Assembly (NCBI GenBank): GCA_026395935.1
Contig: JAPLXT010000056.1
Location: 1 to 43,464 of the forward strand
Source: Candidatus Nomurabacteria bacterium
GTDB taxonomy: Bacteria; Patescibacteriota; Minisyncoccia; Phycocordibacterales; UBA9973
Reading direction: 5' to 3'
DNA length: 43,464 bases
The translations under genes and the position numbers were made by a program. Under the pieces are notes generated by a model. That model ran no database searches, was not told the origin of the DNA, and worked only from the letters and a program-made list of their open reading frames with translations. Positions 17,675 through 26,936 of this stretch are shown in pieces; the first letter of the stretch is position 1; every line of letters starts with the position of its first letter.

Positions 17675-18157
17675 ATGTTAAATTTTTTAAAAATAAATAG
17701 AAACAAAGGATTCACGTTAATAGAGATATTAATGGTGATTGCTATCTTAGGAATTATTTCTTCAATCGTATTATTGAATCTTTCTCAGTTTAGGAATGAA
17801 CAGTTATTGAAAAATACTACTCTTGATGTTGTTTCTCTTTTAAGTAAAGCTAGACAAAATACTCTTTCTTCGGTTAATTCTACAAACTATGGAATACATT
17901 TTGATAATGACAAAGCTGTACTTTTTACTGGATCTGTATACTCATCAAATAATACGACCAACGAACCAGTTGTTTTTAGTAGTAAGGTTATTATTCCAAT
18001 TCCTTCTGGTTTAAATATAGGAGGAGGTAGTGACGTTATATTTGAGAGATTAACTGGAGAGACTGTCGGTGGCACAATTAAAATACAACTAACATCTGAC
18101 TCCACAAAACAAAAAATAATTACTGTGGGTAAAATAGGTAATGCAAGTTCAAATTAA
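17675..18157 (+). CDS. Type IV prepilin (candidate major pilin)
   Basis: Class III signal ...NRNKG|FTLIEILMVIAILGII, with Gly at -1, Phe at +1 and Glu at +5. Confidence 0.8.
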   Translation: MLNFLKINRNKGFTLIEILMVIAILGIISSIVLLNLSQFRNEQLLKNTTLDVVSLLSKARQNTLSSVNSTNYGIHFDNDKAVLFTGSVYSSNNTTNEPVVFSSKVIIPIPSGLNIGGGSDVIFERLTGETVGGTIKIQLTSDSTKQKIITVGKIGNASSN

Positions 18158-18674
18158 AATGATAAATAAAAATAAGAAAAATTTAGGTTTTACATTAATT
18201 GAAGTCCTTGTGGCTTGCTCTATTATCTCTTTATCTATGTTTGCTTTAATGCAGACAGCAGAGAATGGAATTAGACTTTCCAACGAGGCCCTTACTAAGT
18301 CACAAGCGAGTTTGCTTCTTGAAGAGGGAGCTGAGTCAATTAAAGCCATTCGCGATAGCTCTTGGACGACAATATCTAATTTAAATTTAAATACGCCGTA
18401 TCATTTATTTTTTAATACAACTATAAAAGTATGGGAGTTAAATGCTAGTACAACTAATTTATCGGGATGTATTCCTAGTTATCCTATCGATGGTATTTTT
18501 AATAGAACTGTTACTTTTTCTTCTGTAGGTAGGGATACAAATGATGAAATATTGGCATCAGGGGGAACGATAGATACTGGAACTAAAAAAGTAACAATAG
18601 TAGTCACTTGGAATTCTCAAAAAGTTTTAATATCTAAAAGCTTATCTTTTTATATAAGTAATATTTTTAATTAA
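18141..18674 (+). CDS. Type IV prepilin-like minor pilin
   Basis: ...KKNLG|FTLIEVLVACSIISL prepilin motif. Overlaps the previous gene by 17 nt. Confidence 0.75.
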   Translation: MQVQIKMINKNKKNLGFTLIEVLVACSIISLSMFALMQTAENGIRLSNEALTKSQASLLLEEGAESIKAIRDSSWTTISNLNLNTPYHLFFNTTIKVWELNASTTNLSGCIPSYPIDGIFNRTVTFSSVGRDTNDEILASGGTIDTGTKKVTIVVTWNSQKVLISKSLSFYISNIFN

Positions 18675-18676
18675 AA

Positions 18677-19231
18677 ATGAAATTTAATAATAACAATAAA
18701 AAAGCCTTTACCCCCACACCTACTTTGAAGAGTAGAGCAAAGTGGGTGTGGGGGTTTAGTATTATAGAGATAATAATTTATATTGCTATTTTTACGGCAT
18801 TGTCTATTGTAGTTATTAATTCATTTATTATCGTTCTCTCATCTTTTTCTACGATTCGCAGCAATCATGACTTATTGAATTCTGGATCTATCGCAATGGA
18901 GAAGATAGCGCGTGAAATTCGTCAAGCAGATAGTATTGACCTCCTTAATTCAACAGGTGAAATTTTGCAATTAAATAGCACAGATAGTTCGTCTAACCCT
19001 GTTGTTGTTAAGTTTGCAAAAGTAGGCAATGCTTTAAATTTCTATAGAAACGGTACTCTTGTTGGTAATTTACTTACTTCTAAAGTAACCTTAATCTTCA
19101 TTTCTTTTATTCGCACCTCAAATACAAAAAGTGAAGGTGAAAAAATAAAGATGGTATTGGAATATACTCAAGGTAAAATAAATAAAACAGAGAATTTTTA
19201 TGACACTGTAATATTAAGAGGAACATATTAA
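18677..19231 (+). CDS. Prepilin-like protein with unusually long leader
   Basis: ...KWVWG|FSIIEIIIYIAIF keeps G-1/F+1/E+5, but the leader is 26 aa and contains a GC-rich palindrome. Confidence 0.65.
   Translation: MKFNNNNKKAFTPTPTLKSRAKWVWGFSIIEIIIYIAIFTALSIVVINSFIIVLSSFSTIRSNHDLLNSGSIAMEKIAREIRQADSIDLLNSTGEILQLNSTDSSSNPVVVKFAKVGNALNFYRNGTLVGNLLTSKVTLIFISFIRTSNTKSEGEKIKMVLEYTQGKINKTENFYDTVILRGTY
18711..18754 (+). repeat. GC-rich 17-bp-stem palindrome inside the prepilin leader coding region
   Basis: CCCCCACACCTACTTTG (18711-18727) pairs with CAAAGTGGGTGTGGGGG (18738-18754), with one G.U pair and a 10-nt loop. Flanked by direct TTTA (18707-18710 and 18755-18758). Confidence 0.8.
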
Positions 19232-20989
19232 ATGAAAAATAATACTAAAATTAAATATAATGGTGGGGCAGCAATGATGGTGCTAGTTGTATTCTTCGTT
19301 TTTATAAGTTTAACAATTCTTATTGGAATCGTTAGTCCAACAGTGAGAGAGTATAGAACCATCACGGACAATTTCAAATCAAAACAAACATATTTCTTGG
19401 CTGAATCAGGAGTCGAAGATGTTGTTTATAGACTCAAGAATAGCAAAAAGACAACTGGCACAGAAACCTTGGTGTTAGGTGATTCACAAGCTATCACAGC
19501 TATTACAGATATTGGAGGAGGTAAGAAAAAAATAAGTACACTAGGGAGTACTGATACACTAGAACGTAAAATTGAAGTAACTTTAAATACTGCAGCTGGA
19601 GTCTCGTTGAGTTATGGAGTTTTAGTTGGACAAGGGGGTGTATATATTGATAGTGGAGTTGTAAATGGTAACTTATATTCAAATGGTCCAATATCAGCAA
19701 ATGGATCAGGAAGTAATAAAATAACAGGTACAGCAATTTCTGCGAATAGCCCAGCCTTAATAGCAGATCAAACAAATGGGACAGGGAATCCAGCAAACAA
19801 TATAACTTTTGGGAACGCTGCAGCTACTCAAGATGTTGCACAAAGTTTCCAGGTAACAACTTCGAGTCCACTAAATAAGATTCAGTTATTAATTAAAAAG
19901 ACAAGTACTCCAGGCGATATAACAGTTAAAATTATGAATGATGTTAGTGGAAACATTGGTTCCACAATATTTGCAACAGGGACACTTTTGGCTTCATCTG
20001 TTACTAATAATTATGATGGGTGGATTAATGTATCTTTTACAACAAATCCACTTTTATTTGTGGGCACGACTTACTGGCTAGTGCTTGATGCTGGTACATC
20101 AAATACCAAATATTATACAATTGGGGCTACGGGTGGAAATGCTTATACAAATGGAGCAAGTAAGATAGGCCAGCTAGGTGGAACTTGGAATACGACAAAC
20201 GCAAATATAATTGATTATTATTTTAATATTTATCTTGGAGGAATAAATGGATCAATTATTGGAAATAATGTAAACACTAAACTCCCTGTTGGTACTACTT
20301 CTGGTACAGCTCAGGCGCATACAGTTAACTATGTGAGCTCAACTGGTAATATTTATTGTAAAAGTGGTACTGGTAATAATAAATCATGTATAGATCAGGA
20401 AGATCCTGCTTATGTAGCCTTTCCAGTTTCAGATGCAAATATAACTCAATGGAAAGCTGATGCTTTGGCCGGAGGAATTTACAATGGTAATTATACAGTA
20501 CCTTGGAATGGTGCAGTTCTAGGTCCTAAAAAAATAGTTGGGGATTTAGATGTGGGGAGTGGGGGGCTAACTGTGACTGGAACAATATGGGTCACAGGAA
20601 ACATTGTAATGGATGGCGGTGGTACAACAAAACTAGATCCAAGCTATGGGTCAGGTGATGCTGTTATTGTCGCGGATGGGACTATTACTGTTACGGGAGG
20701 GGGGAAAGCTACAGGATCAGGTGCTGCAGGGAGTTATCTAATGCTTTTAGCATTAAGCAATTCTCAAACTGCTGCGATGACTGTTTCTGGTGACGCAGGG
20801 GCTATTATTGCTTATGCTCCATATGGAACAATGAATGTTTCAGGAGGGTCTGCTATTAAAGAAGCCACTGCTTATAAATTAAACTTAATATCATCAAGTG
20901 TTACTTATGAGGTAGGTCTTATGAATAATAACTTTTCCAGTGGACCATCTGGAACTTGGAATATTGATAGCTGGAAAGAAGTAGAATAA
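19232..20989 (+). CDS. PilX-N-like pilus-associated large protein with Gly/Thr/Asn-rich beta-helix-like region
   Basis: N-terminal hydrophobic helix followed by ..QTYFLAESGVEDVVYRL (PilX_N-like). The C-terminal half is rich in G-x-G/T-V-T-G repeats. Last gene of the pilin block. Confidence 0.5.
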   Translation: MKNNTKIKYNGGAAMMVLVVFFVFISLTILIGIVSPTVREYRTITDNFKSKQTYFLAESGVEDVVYRLKNSKKTTGTETLVLGDSQAITAITDIGGGKKKISTLGSTDTLERKIEVTLNTAAGVSLSYGVLVGQGGVYIDSGVVNGNLYSNGPISANGSGSNKITGTAISANSPALIADQTNGTGNPANNITFGNAAATQDVAQSFQVTTSSPLNKIQLLIKKTSTPGDITVKIMNDVSGNIGSTIFATGTLLASSVTNNYDGWINVSFTTNPLLFVGTTYWLVLDAGTSNTKYYTIGATGGNAYTNGASKIGQLGGTWNTTNANIIDYYFNIYLGGINGSIIGNNVNTKLPVGTTSGTAQAHTVNYVSSTGNIYCKSGTGNNKSCIDQEDPAYVAFPVSDANITQWKADALAGGIYNGNYTVPWNGAVLGPKKIVGDLDVGSGGLTVTGTIWVTGNIVMDGGGTTKLDPSYGSGDAVIVADGTITVTGGGKATGSGAAGSYLMLLALSNSQTAAMTVSGDAGAIIAYAPYGTMNVSGGSAIKEATAYKLNLISSSVTYEVGLMNNNFSSGPSGTWNIDSWKEVE

Positions 20990-21016
20990 ATGACGTTTTT
21001 GTGGTAAAATAGCTAA

Positions 21017-21778
21017 ATGAAAGACATAAATAAGCTTATCGTTGCTAATTGGAAGATGAACCCGCAGTCTAAAAAGGATGCGGAGATTATTTTTAAAAAT
21101 ATTTCTCTATTTGTAAAAAATTTAAAAAAAATAGACGTAGTAGTCTGTCCACCTTTCCCTTATCTATACATAAAAGATAAAATAAAAAACAAGAAATTAA
21201 AATTGGGCAGTCAGGATGTTTTCTATGAAAAAGAAGGCTCTTATACTAGTGAAGTCTCAATCGGAATGCTTAAAGATTTTGGAGCAGAGTATGTTATTAT
21301 TGGTCACTCTGAGAGGAGAATGACGGGGGATACGAATAGTATTATAAATAAAAAGATTTTAGCAACTCTGAAAGCAAAGATTAATCCGATTTTTTGTATT
21401 GGAGAAAGCAAAAGAGACGCCAATGGATTTTATTTATCTTTTATCAAACAACAAATCATAGAAGGATTAGCTCTCGTAACTAAACCTCAAATGAAAAATG
21501 TAGTTATCGCTTATGAGCCTGTGTGGGCTATAGGTAGTAATGCTGTCAGGGAAGCGACTGCGGGAGAATTCATAGAAATCAGAATCTATATTAAAAAAAT
21601 AATAGCTGACTTGTTTGATATTAAGACAGCTAATGATATAAAAATAATTTATGGAGGTTCCGTGCATCCAACAAATGCAAATATTTTTATAAAAGATGGT
21701 GGGGCAGATGGATTGCTTGTAGGAAGGGATAGTTTAAATAAAAAATTGTTTGGACAGATTATTAATTTAGTAAAATAA
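21017..21778 (+). CDS. tpiA: Triosephosphate isomerase
   Basis: ANWKMN, IGHSERR and AYEPVWAIG catalytic motifs. Confidence 0.9.
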   Translation: MKDINKLIVANWKMNPQSKKDAEIIFKNISLFVKNLKKIDVVVCPPFPYLYIKDKIKNKKLKLGSQDVFYEKEGSYTSEVSIGMLKDFGAEYVIIGHSERRMTGDTNSIINKKILATLKAKINPIFCIGESKRDANGFYLSFIKQQIIEGLALVTKPQMKNVVIAYEPVWAIGSNAVREATAGEFIEIRIYIKKIIADLFDIKTANDIKIIYGGSVHPTNANIFIKDGGADGLLVGRDSLNKKLFGQIINLVK

Positions 21779-21788
21779 GTAAACTAAA

Positions 21789-22910
21789 ATGAAATCAATA
21801 AAAGACATAGAGAACTTGAAAGGCAAGAGAGTAATGGTGAGAGTAGACTTTAATGTTCCTATGAAGGACGACAAAATTGTTGATGATTTTCGTATTAAAG
21901 CTGCGTTGCCAACCATTGAATATTTACAAAAGAAAGGAGCGGTAGTCATCCTCATAGCTCACATAGGCGAAGATGGAGAGAAAAGTTTAAAGCCTGTCGC
22001 TTTGAAACTTAAAAAAATAGTGAAGAATTTCAACTTCATAGAGAGTCCAATTTTTTCAGACATAACAAAAAGAACCATAAATAATTTCAAGAATGGTGAT
22101 GTAGTTTTGCTTGAGAATATTCGTCGTGAAGCAGGTGAAAAGACGAATTCGCCTTCATTTGCAAGGGGATTATCACGATTTGGGGACATCTATGTGAACG
22201 ATGCATTCTCCGTTTCGCACCGTGTGCATGCTTCTATTGTAGGGATTACAAAGTACTTACCTAGTTATGCAGGGCTTCAAATGCAAGATGAGATAAACAA
22301 TCTATCAAAAGCTTTTAATCCTAAACACCCATTTCTTTTTATCTTAGGTGGATCAAAGTTTGAAACTAAAATTCCATTAATAAAGAAATTCCTTCGTGAC
22401 GCCGACCATGTATTTATAGGTGGAGCTATTGCGAATGATTTCTTTAAGCACAAAGGATATGAAGTAGGAGTCTCTCTTGTAGGGGGAAGTAATTTGCAAA
22501 TCAAGCCATTTTTAAAATGTAAAAATTTAGTTCTACCTACTGACGTTATTGCTGTTAAAGGGAATGCTCGTCGCGATATAAAACCCAACGAAGTAACTTC
22601 CGAAGAAAATATTTTAGATATAGGTAAAGCTTCCATTGAAGTCCTGAAAGAATTAATAGAAAAAGCGCAATTCGTACTTTGGAATGGACCACTTGGTAAG
22701 TATGAAAGTGGATTCGGAGGATCAACAGAAAGTGTTTTGAAAATTATTGCTAAGAGTAAAGCCATGAGTATTGTCGGCGGAGGGGACACTGTCGCTCTTA
22801 TCTCTAAATTGAAATTAGGAAGTAAAATAGGCTTCGTCTCGACTGGCGGTGGCGCCACTCTCGACTTCCTTGCCAAAGGCACGCTTCCAGGAATCAAAGC
22901 GTTGAAATAA
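21789..22910 (+). CDS. pgk: Phosphoglycerate kinase
   Basis: RVDFNVP N-terminal motif; C-terminal GGGDT...STGGGA(T)LDFL motif. Confidence 0.92.
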   Translation: MKSIKDIENLKGKRVMVRVDFNVPMKDDKIVDDFRIKAALPTIEYLQKKGAVVILIAHIGEDGEKSLKPVALKLKKIVKNFNFIESPIFSDITKRTINNFKNGDVVLLENIRREAGEKTNSPSFARGLSRFGDIYVNDAFSVSHRVHASIVGITKYLPSYAGLQMQDEINNLSKAFNPKHPFLFILGGSKFETKIPLIKKFLRDADHVFIGGAIANDFFKHKGYEVGVSLVGGSNLQIKPFLKCKNLVLPTDVIAVKGNARRDIKPNEVTSEENILDIGKASIEVLKELIEKAQFVLWNGPLGKYESGFGGSTESVLKIIAKSKAMSIVGGGDTVALISKLKLGSKIGFVSTGGGATLDFLAKGTLPGIKALK

Positions 22911-22926
22911 TTTTTTATAGTTTATT

Positions 22927-24585
22927 ATGCCCAATGAAATTGAGCTTCTAGATCTTCTTTTGAAGAATAGGGGAATAAAAAAAGAAGAGGAAGAATTGTT
23001 TTTAAATCCTTCATATGAGAACGGTCTTTATGATTCCTTTCTAATGAAAGACATGGAGAAAGCTTCCGTGCGTATTTTTGAAGCTATTGAAGCGAAAGAG
23101 AAGGTAGTTATCTATACTGACTATGATTGTGATGGAATTCCTTCGGCAGTCATAATGCACGACTTTTTCCAAAAGATTGGATATGAGAATTTTACTATTT
23201 ATATACCAGACAGACACGATGAAGGATACGGACTCCACATGGATGCGATTAAAAATTTTATTGATGAAGAAGTAAAGCTCCTTATTACTTTCGACTTAGG
23301 AATTACAGCCATAGAAGAAGTAGTGGAAGCTACTGCAAGTGGGATAGATGTAATCATAACAGATCATCATTTACCAAGTGAAAAAGGCTTACCAAACGCT
23401 TATGCAATTCTTAACCCAAAACAGGAAGGGTGTACTTATCCTGACAAAATGCTTTGTGGGGCAGGTATAGCTTTCAAACTTGTGCAAGCTCTAATAAAGA
23501 AATATGGAGAATATTGGAAGATAAGTAAAGGTTCCGAAAAGTGGTTATTAGACATGGTAGGTATGGCAACATTGGCAGACCAAGTGCCCCTTCTAGACGA
23601 AAATCGCATCTTTGCGTTTTATGGATTGAAAGTTTTACAAAAAGGGAAACGTCCTGGAATGGTAGAAATTTTCCGTAAGGCCAATGTAGACGTTGCTAAA
23701 TTGAGCGAAGAAGATATTACTTTCACTCTTGCTCCACGCATCAATGCAGCATCTCGTATGGCTGATCCGATGATGGCCTTTCTTGCTCTGTCAGCTACTG
23801 ATTCTGTCGTGGCGAAAACCTTAGCTGATAATTTATCTAAGATAAATGACGAGAGGAAGATTATGGTGGCGCAAATTATGAAAGAAGTGAAGAAAGTAAT
23901 GAGCAAAAGGGAAGAGAAGAAAGTAGTAGTCATCGGTAACCCCGCATGGAGGATAGGAGTCCTTGGAATAATTGCTTCAAAGATTGTAGAAGAATATAAA
24001 AGACCAGTATTCGTCTGGGGCTCTGATGGCAGTGATGAACTCAAAGGATCTTGCAGGTCATATGGTGGAGTAAATCTTGTAGAAATTATGGGAGCGTTGC
24101 AAGAAAATAGCATTACATCTTTTGGTGGACACAAAGGAGCTGGAGGATTCGCTGTCGCACACGAAGAAGTTCATTTCTTAGAAGAAAGAATTTTAAAAGT
24201 ATTTGATGATTATGAAAGTATAGAAGAAGAGGCAATTGAAGATGGAGTAGAGGCTACTATAGATATGGATGATATTACAAATGCAAACTATAACGTCATA
24301 GCAAAGCTTGCACCGTACGGGGTAGGGAATCCGAAACCAAAATTTCTTTTTAAAGATGTACCAATATATGCTGTTAAAGAATTTGGTAAAGAAAAGAATC
24401 ATATAGAATTAAGTTTTCTAAACAGTAAGGGTAAGGTTGTGAAAGCCATAGCTTTCTTTAAAACAAAAGAAAGCTATAATGGGAAAGTAGAAGTGGGGAG
24501 TAGGGTAAACATGGTCGCCACGTTTGAGAAAAGTACTTTCGGTGGTAGAACGGAATTAAGATTAAGAATAATAGACATACTATGA
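22927..24585 (+). CDS. recJ: Single-stranded-DNA-specific exonuclease RecJ
   Basis: DHH-family motifs DYDCDGI, ITDHH and GGHKGAGG (DHHA1). Confidence 0.9.
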   Translation: MPNEIELLDLLLKNRGIKKEEEELFLNPSYENGLYDSFLMKDMEKASVRIFEAIEAKEKVVIYTDYDCDGIPSAVIMHDFFQKIGYENFTIYIPDRHDEGYGLHMDAIKNFIDEEVKLLITFDLGITAIEEVVEATASGIDVIITDHHLPSEKGLPNAYAILNPKQEGCTYPDKMLCGAGIAFKLVQALIKKYGEYWKISKGSEKWLLDMVGMATLADQVPLLDENRIFAFYGLKVLQKGKRPGMVEIFRKANVDVAKLSEEDITFTLAPRINAASRMADPMMAFLALSATDSVVAKTLADNLSKINDERKIMVAQIMKEVKKVMSKREEKKVVVIGNPAWRIGVLGIIASKIVEEYKRPVFVWGSDGSDELKGSCRSYGGVNLVEIMGALQENSITSFGGHKGAGGFAVAHEEVHFLEERILKVFDDYESIEEEAIEDGVEATIDMDDITNANYNVIAKLAPYGVGNPKPKFLFKDVPIYAVKEFGKEKNHIELSFLNSKGKVVKAIAFFKTKESYNGKVEVGSRVNMVATFEKSTFGGRTELRLRIIDIL

Positions 24586-25046
24586 TAAATAAAACAATAG
24601 AAATATATACGGACGGTTCATCATTAGGAAATCCAGGTAGAGGTGGGTGGGGAGTTGTCGTTGTAGAAAAAGAAAAAATAATAGAAGAACTTGGTGGATG
24701 TGATAAGGACACGACGAATAATCGCATGGAGCTAGAGGCTGCCATCGAAGCTATTAAATATATAAATAAAAAACATAAACAAAGTACCGTGATTATTTAT
24801 GCAGATTCTTCTTATGTGTTAGGAGGAGTGACAAATTGGATTTTCGGCTGGGAGAAGAATGGATGGAGAACTGCAAATAAGAAGCCAGTCATGAATCAAG
24901 ATTTATGGAAAGAATTAATCGGGGTTGTTCGAGAATCGAAAGCTAATATTACTTGGCAGAAAGTGAAGGGACATTCAGGTCACGTTTATAATGATAAGGC
25001 AGATGAAATAGCTACAACCTATGCAGCTAACCAAAAAAGAAATTAG
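24582..25046 (+). CDS. rnhA: Ribonuclease HI
   Basis: IYTDGSSLGNPGRGGWG, NNRMELEAA, ADSSYV and KGHSGHVYNDKADEIA (DEDD catalytic residues). 4-nt overlap with recJ. Confidence 0.9.
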   Translation: MINKTIEIYTDGSSLGNPGRGGWGVVVVEKEKIIEELGGCDKDTTNNRMELEAAIEAIKYINKKHKQSTVIIYADSSYVLGGVTNWIFGWEKNGWRTANKKPVMNQDLWKELIGVVRESKANITWQKVKGHSGHVYNDKADEIATTYAANQKRN

Positions 25047-26319
25047 TTTAATAATCGTACTAATAATAATCGCATTAGTGCGGTTTTTCTTTTTTCTTCC
25101 AGGGAAACCCGCGTATCAAAATGCAGTAGGGAAGGAGGTAGTGCTCAAGGGAGTAGTGAGCGATGATCCAGATATCCGGCTTAAGAACCAGCACCTGAAT
25201 ATAAAATTGAAGGATAAAGATGTGAATATTTTGGTCTTCGTCGGCAGAGAAGAAGAAGTTTCCTATGGTGATGAAATTAAGGTAAGAGGTTTACTAGAAG
25301 AGCCAGAGAATTTTGTAACAAATTCTGGTAAAGAATTTAATTATAAAAGATATCTCGCGAATCAAGATATTTATTTTATGATTAAGAATGCTCAAATTGA
25401 GATTCTTTCAAGTGGCAATGGTAGTAAAATATATAGTTTGCTTTTCAAAATAAAGAATTCTTTCATGAAGAATGTTGATCAAGTGATTCCTATGCCTGAG
25501 AGTGATCTTGGTAATGGCCTTATACTTGGTGCTCGTGGAGGTTTCGATGAAGATACGAAGAATGAATTTATAAATACAGGCACCATTCACATCATCGCCC
25601 TATCTGGGTACAACGTATCAATAGTAGCGAATAATGTCATCAAAACATTGGGATTTATTTTCTCAAAGACTATATCAATTGTTTTCGGTGGTATTGTTAT
25701 ACTTTTATTTATTATCATGACTGGTGCTTCAGCCACCGCTATACGAGCGGGGATTATGGCATCTATTATGCTGTTAGGCAGGATGACAGATAGGAAATAT
25801 CTAGCAGGGCGTGCACTCATAGTGGCAGGGCTTCTGATGGTCGCTTATGATCCACGAGTCTTAGTAGATATGTCTTTCCAGTTGTCTTTCATCGCGACGG
25901 GTGGTGTGCTCTATCTTACGCCGAAAACTCTAAATTGGTTTAGATTTGTTCCACTACGTTTTGGTTTCAGAGAAATGGTGGCGAGTACCATCGCGGCGAC
26001 TATTTCAGTCATGCCAATACTTCTTTATCTGACGGGTGTGTTTTCGCTCGTATCTCTACCGGCTAACTTCTTAATACTTTTACTTATTCCTTACGTGATG
26101 TTTTTTATATTTGTTACGGGAATCTTTGGCTTCATCGCGCCTGTACTCGCAATATTCTTCGGGTATATTACATACATAATGCTAATGTACATACTGGGAG
26201 TAATTCACTTTTTTGGCTCGTTGCCGTTCGCCAGCTTTTCAATCCAATCTTTTCCATTGGTTTTAACAATCATAATTTATATATTTTTACTCAGGTGGAT
26301 TTTTAGAGAGAAGTCTTAA
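25021..26319 (+). CDS. comEC: ComEC/Rec2 DNA-uptake channel, N-terminal OB-like plus competence (membrane) domains only
   Basis: DUF4131-like region (VVLKGVVSDDP..EIKVRGLLEEPENF), then the competence-domain motif GTIHIIALSGYNVSIV and multiple TM helices. No metallo-beta-lactamase domain. Confidence 0.8.
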   Translation: MQLTKKEISLIIVLIIIALVRFFFFLPGKPAYQNAVGKEVVLKGVVSDDPDIRLKNQHLNIKLKDKDVNILVFVGREEEVSYGDEIKVRGLLEEPENFVTNSGKEFNYKRYLANQDIYFMIKNAQIEILSSGNGSKIYSLLFKIKNSFMKNVDQVIPMPESDLGNGLILGARGGFDEDTKNEFINTGTIHIIALSGYNVSIVANNVIKTLGFIFSKTISIVFGGIVILLFIIMTGASATAIRAGIMASIMLLGRMTDRKYLAGRALIVAGLLMVAYDPRVLVDMSFQLSFIATGGVLYLTPKTLNWFRFVPLRFGFREMVASTIAATISVMPILLYLTGVFSLVSLPANFLILLLIPYVMFFIFVTGIFGFIAPVLAIFFGYITYIMLMYILGVIHFFGSLPFASFSIQSFPLVLTIIIYIFLLRWIFREKS

Positions 26320-26896
26320 AATTATTTTCTATTGATTCCCAATTTATATTTTCGAAGAAGGCCTCTATATATTTTTTCTTTTCCGACGGGATGTAGTCTA
26401 GATAATATGCATGTTCCCACATATCAAGACAAAGAACAGGGGAGAGGCCAGTAAGTTGGCCTAGGTGGTGCTCGTCTATCCATGAGATAATTAATTTATC
26501 ACTCATTTTATCGTAATAAAGAATACTCCAGCCTGGACCACGAGTCGTGGCGACAAATTTGAAATGAACTAAAAAGTTTTCAAAAGAGCCCCATTCTTTT
26601 TCTATACTTGCATACAAGTCTCCTTTTTTATTTATTTCTTTTTGTTCTCCCGAAAGAGATGCGAAATAATATTCATGATTCCTCATACCATCGAATTCAA
26701 ATCCGAAACGTCGCTGTAATTCACCTAGGACGAAAGCATTTTTCTCTGGGTCACTTTTAAGTTCGCTTATTTTGTTGAAAATAAGATTCGTATTTGTGAC
26801 ATATCCTTTATAAAGTTTTAAGTGCTCCTCTATTGTTTTTGGGCTTATTCCTACTAGCTCTCCTATCTCAAATGTTTTTGTTTTAAATGTTTCCAT
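26303..26896 (-). CDS. Fe/Mn superoxide dismutase
   Basis: C-terminal DMWEHAYYLDY motif. Putative ligand His residues lie in ..EEHLK.. and ..RNHEYY... The 3' end overlaps the comEC 3' end by 17 nt. Confidence 0.85.
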   Translation of the reverse strand: METFKTKTFEIGELVGISPKTIEEHLKLYKGYVTNTNLIFNKISELKSDPEKNAFVLGELQRRFGFEFDGMRNHEYYFASLSGEQKEINKKGDLYASIEKEWGSFENFLVHFKFVATTRGPGWSILYYDKMSDKLIISWIDEHHLGQLTGLSPVLCLDMWEHAYYLDYIPSEKKKYIEAFFENINWESIENNFKTSL

Positions 26897-26936
26897 AATG
26901 TTTTTGTGTATTTAGTGTTAATATATAAAGTATATC

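Noticed and set aside
22277-24134. Long antisense ORFs inside well-supported genes (22277..22897, 23619..24134; also 13428..13838, 35652..36011, 39422..39763, 40026..40445, 42751..43113)
   Set aside because: These are shadow ORFs opposite strongly conserved genes (pgk, recJ, fusA, ABC components). Their translations are low-complexity or biased, with no motifs or independent signals.
26303-26896. Possibly degenerate SOD (N-terminal motif EEHLKLYKGY instead of the usual H.xKHH)
   Set aside because: Candidates for all four metal ligands are present (His in EEH, His in RNHEYY, Asp and His in DMWEHAYY), as is the gateway Tyr (GYV). It looks like a divergent but functional Fe/Mn SOD.
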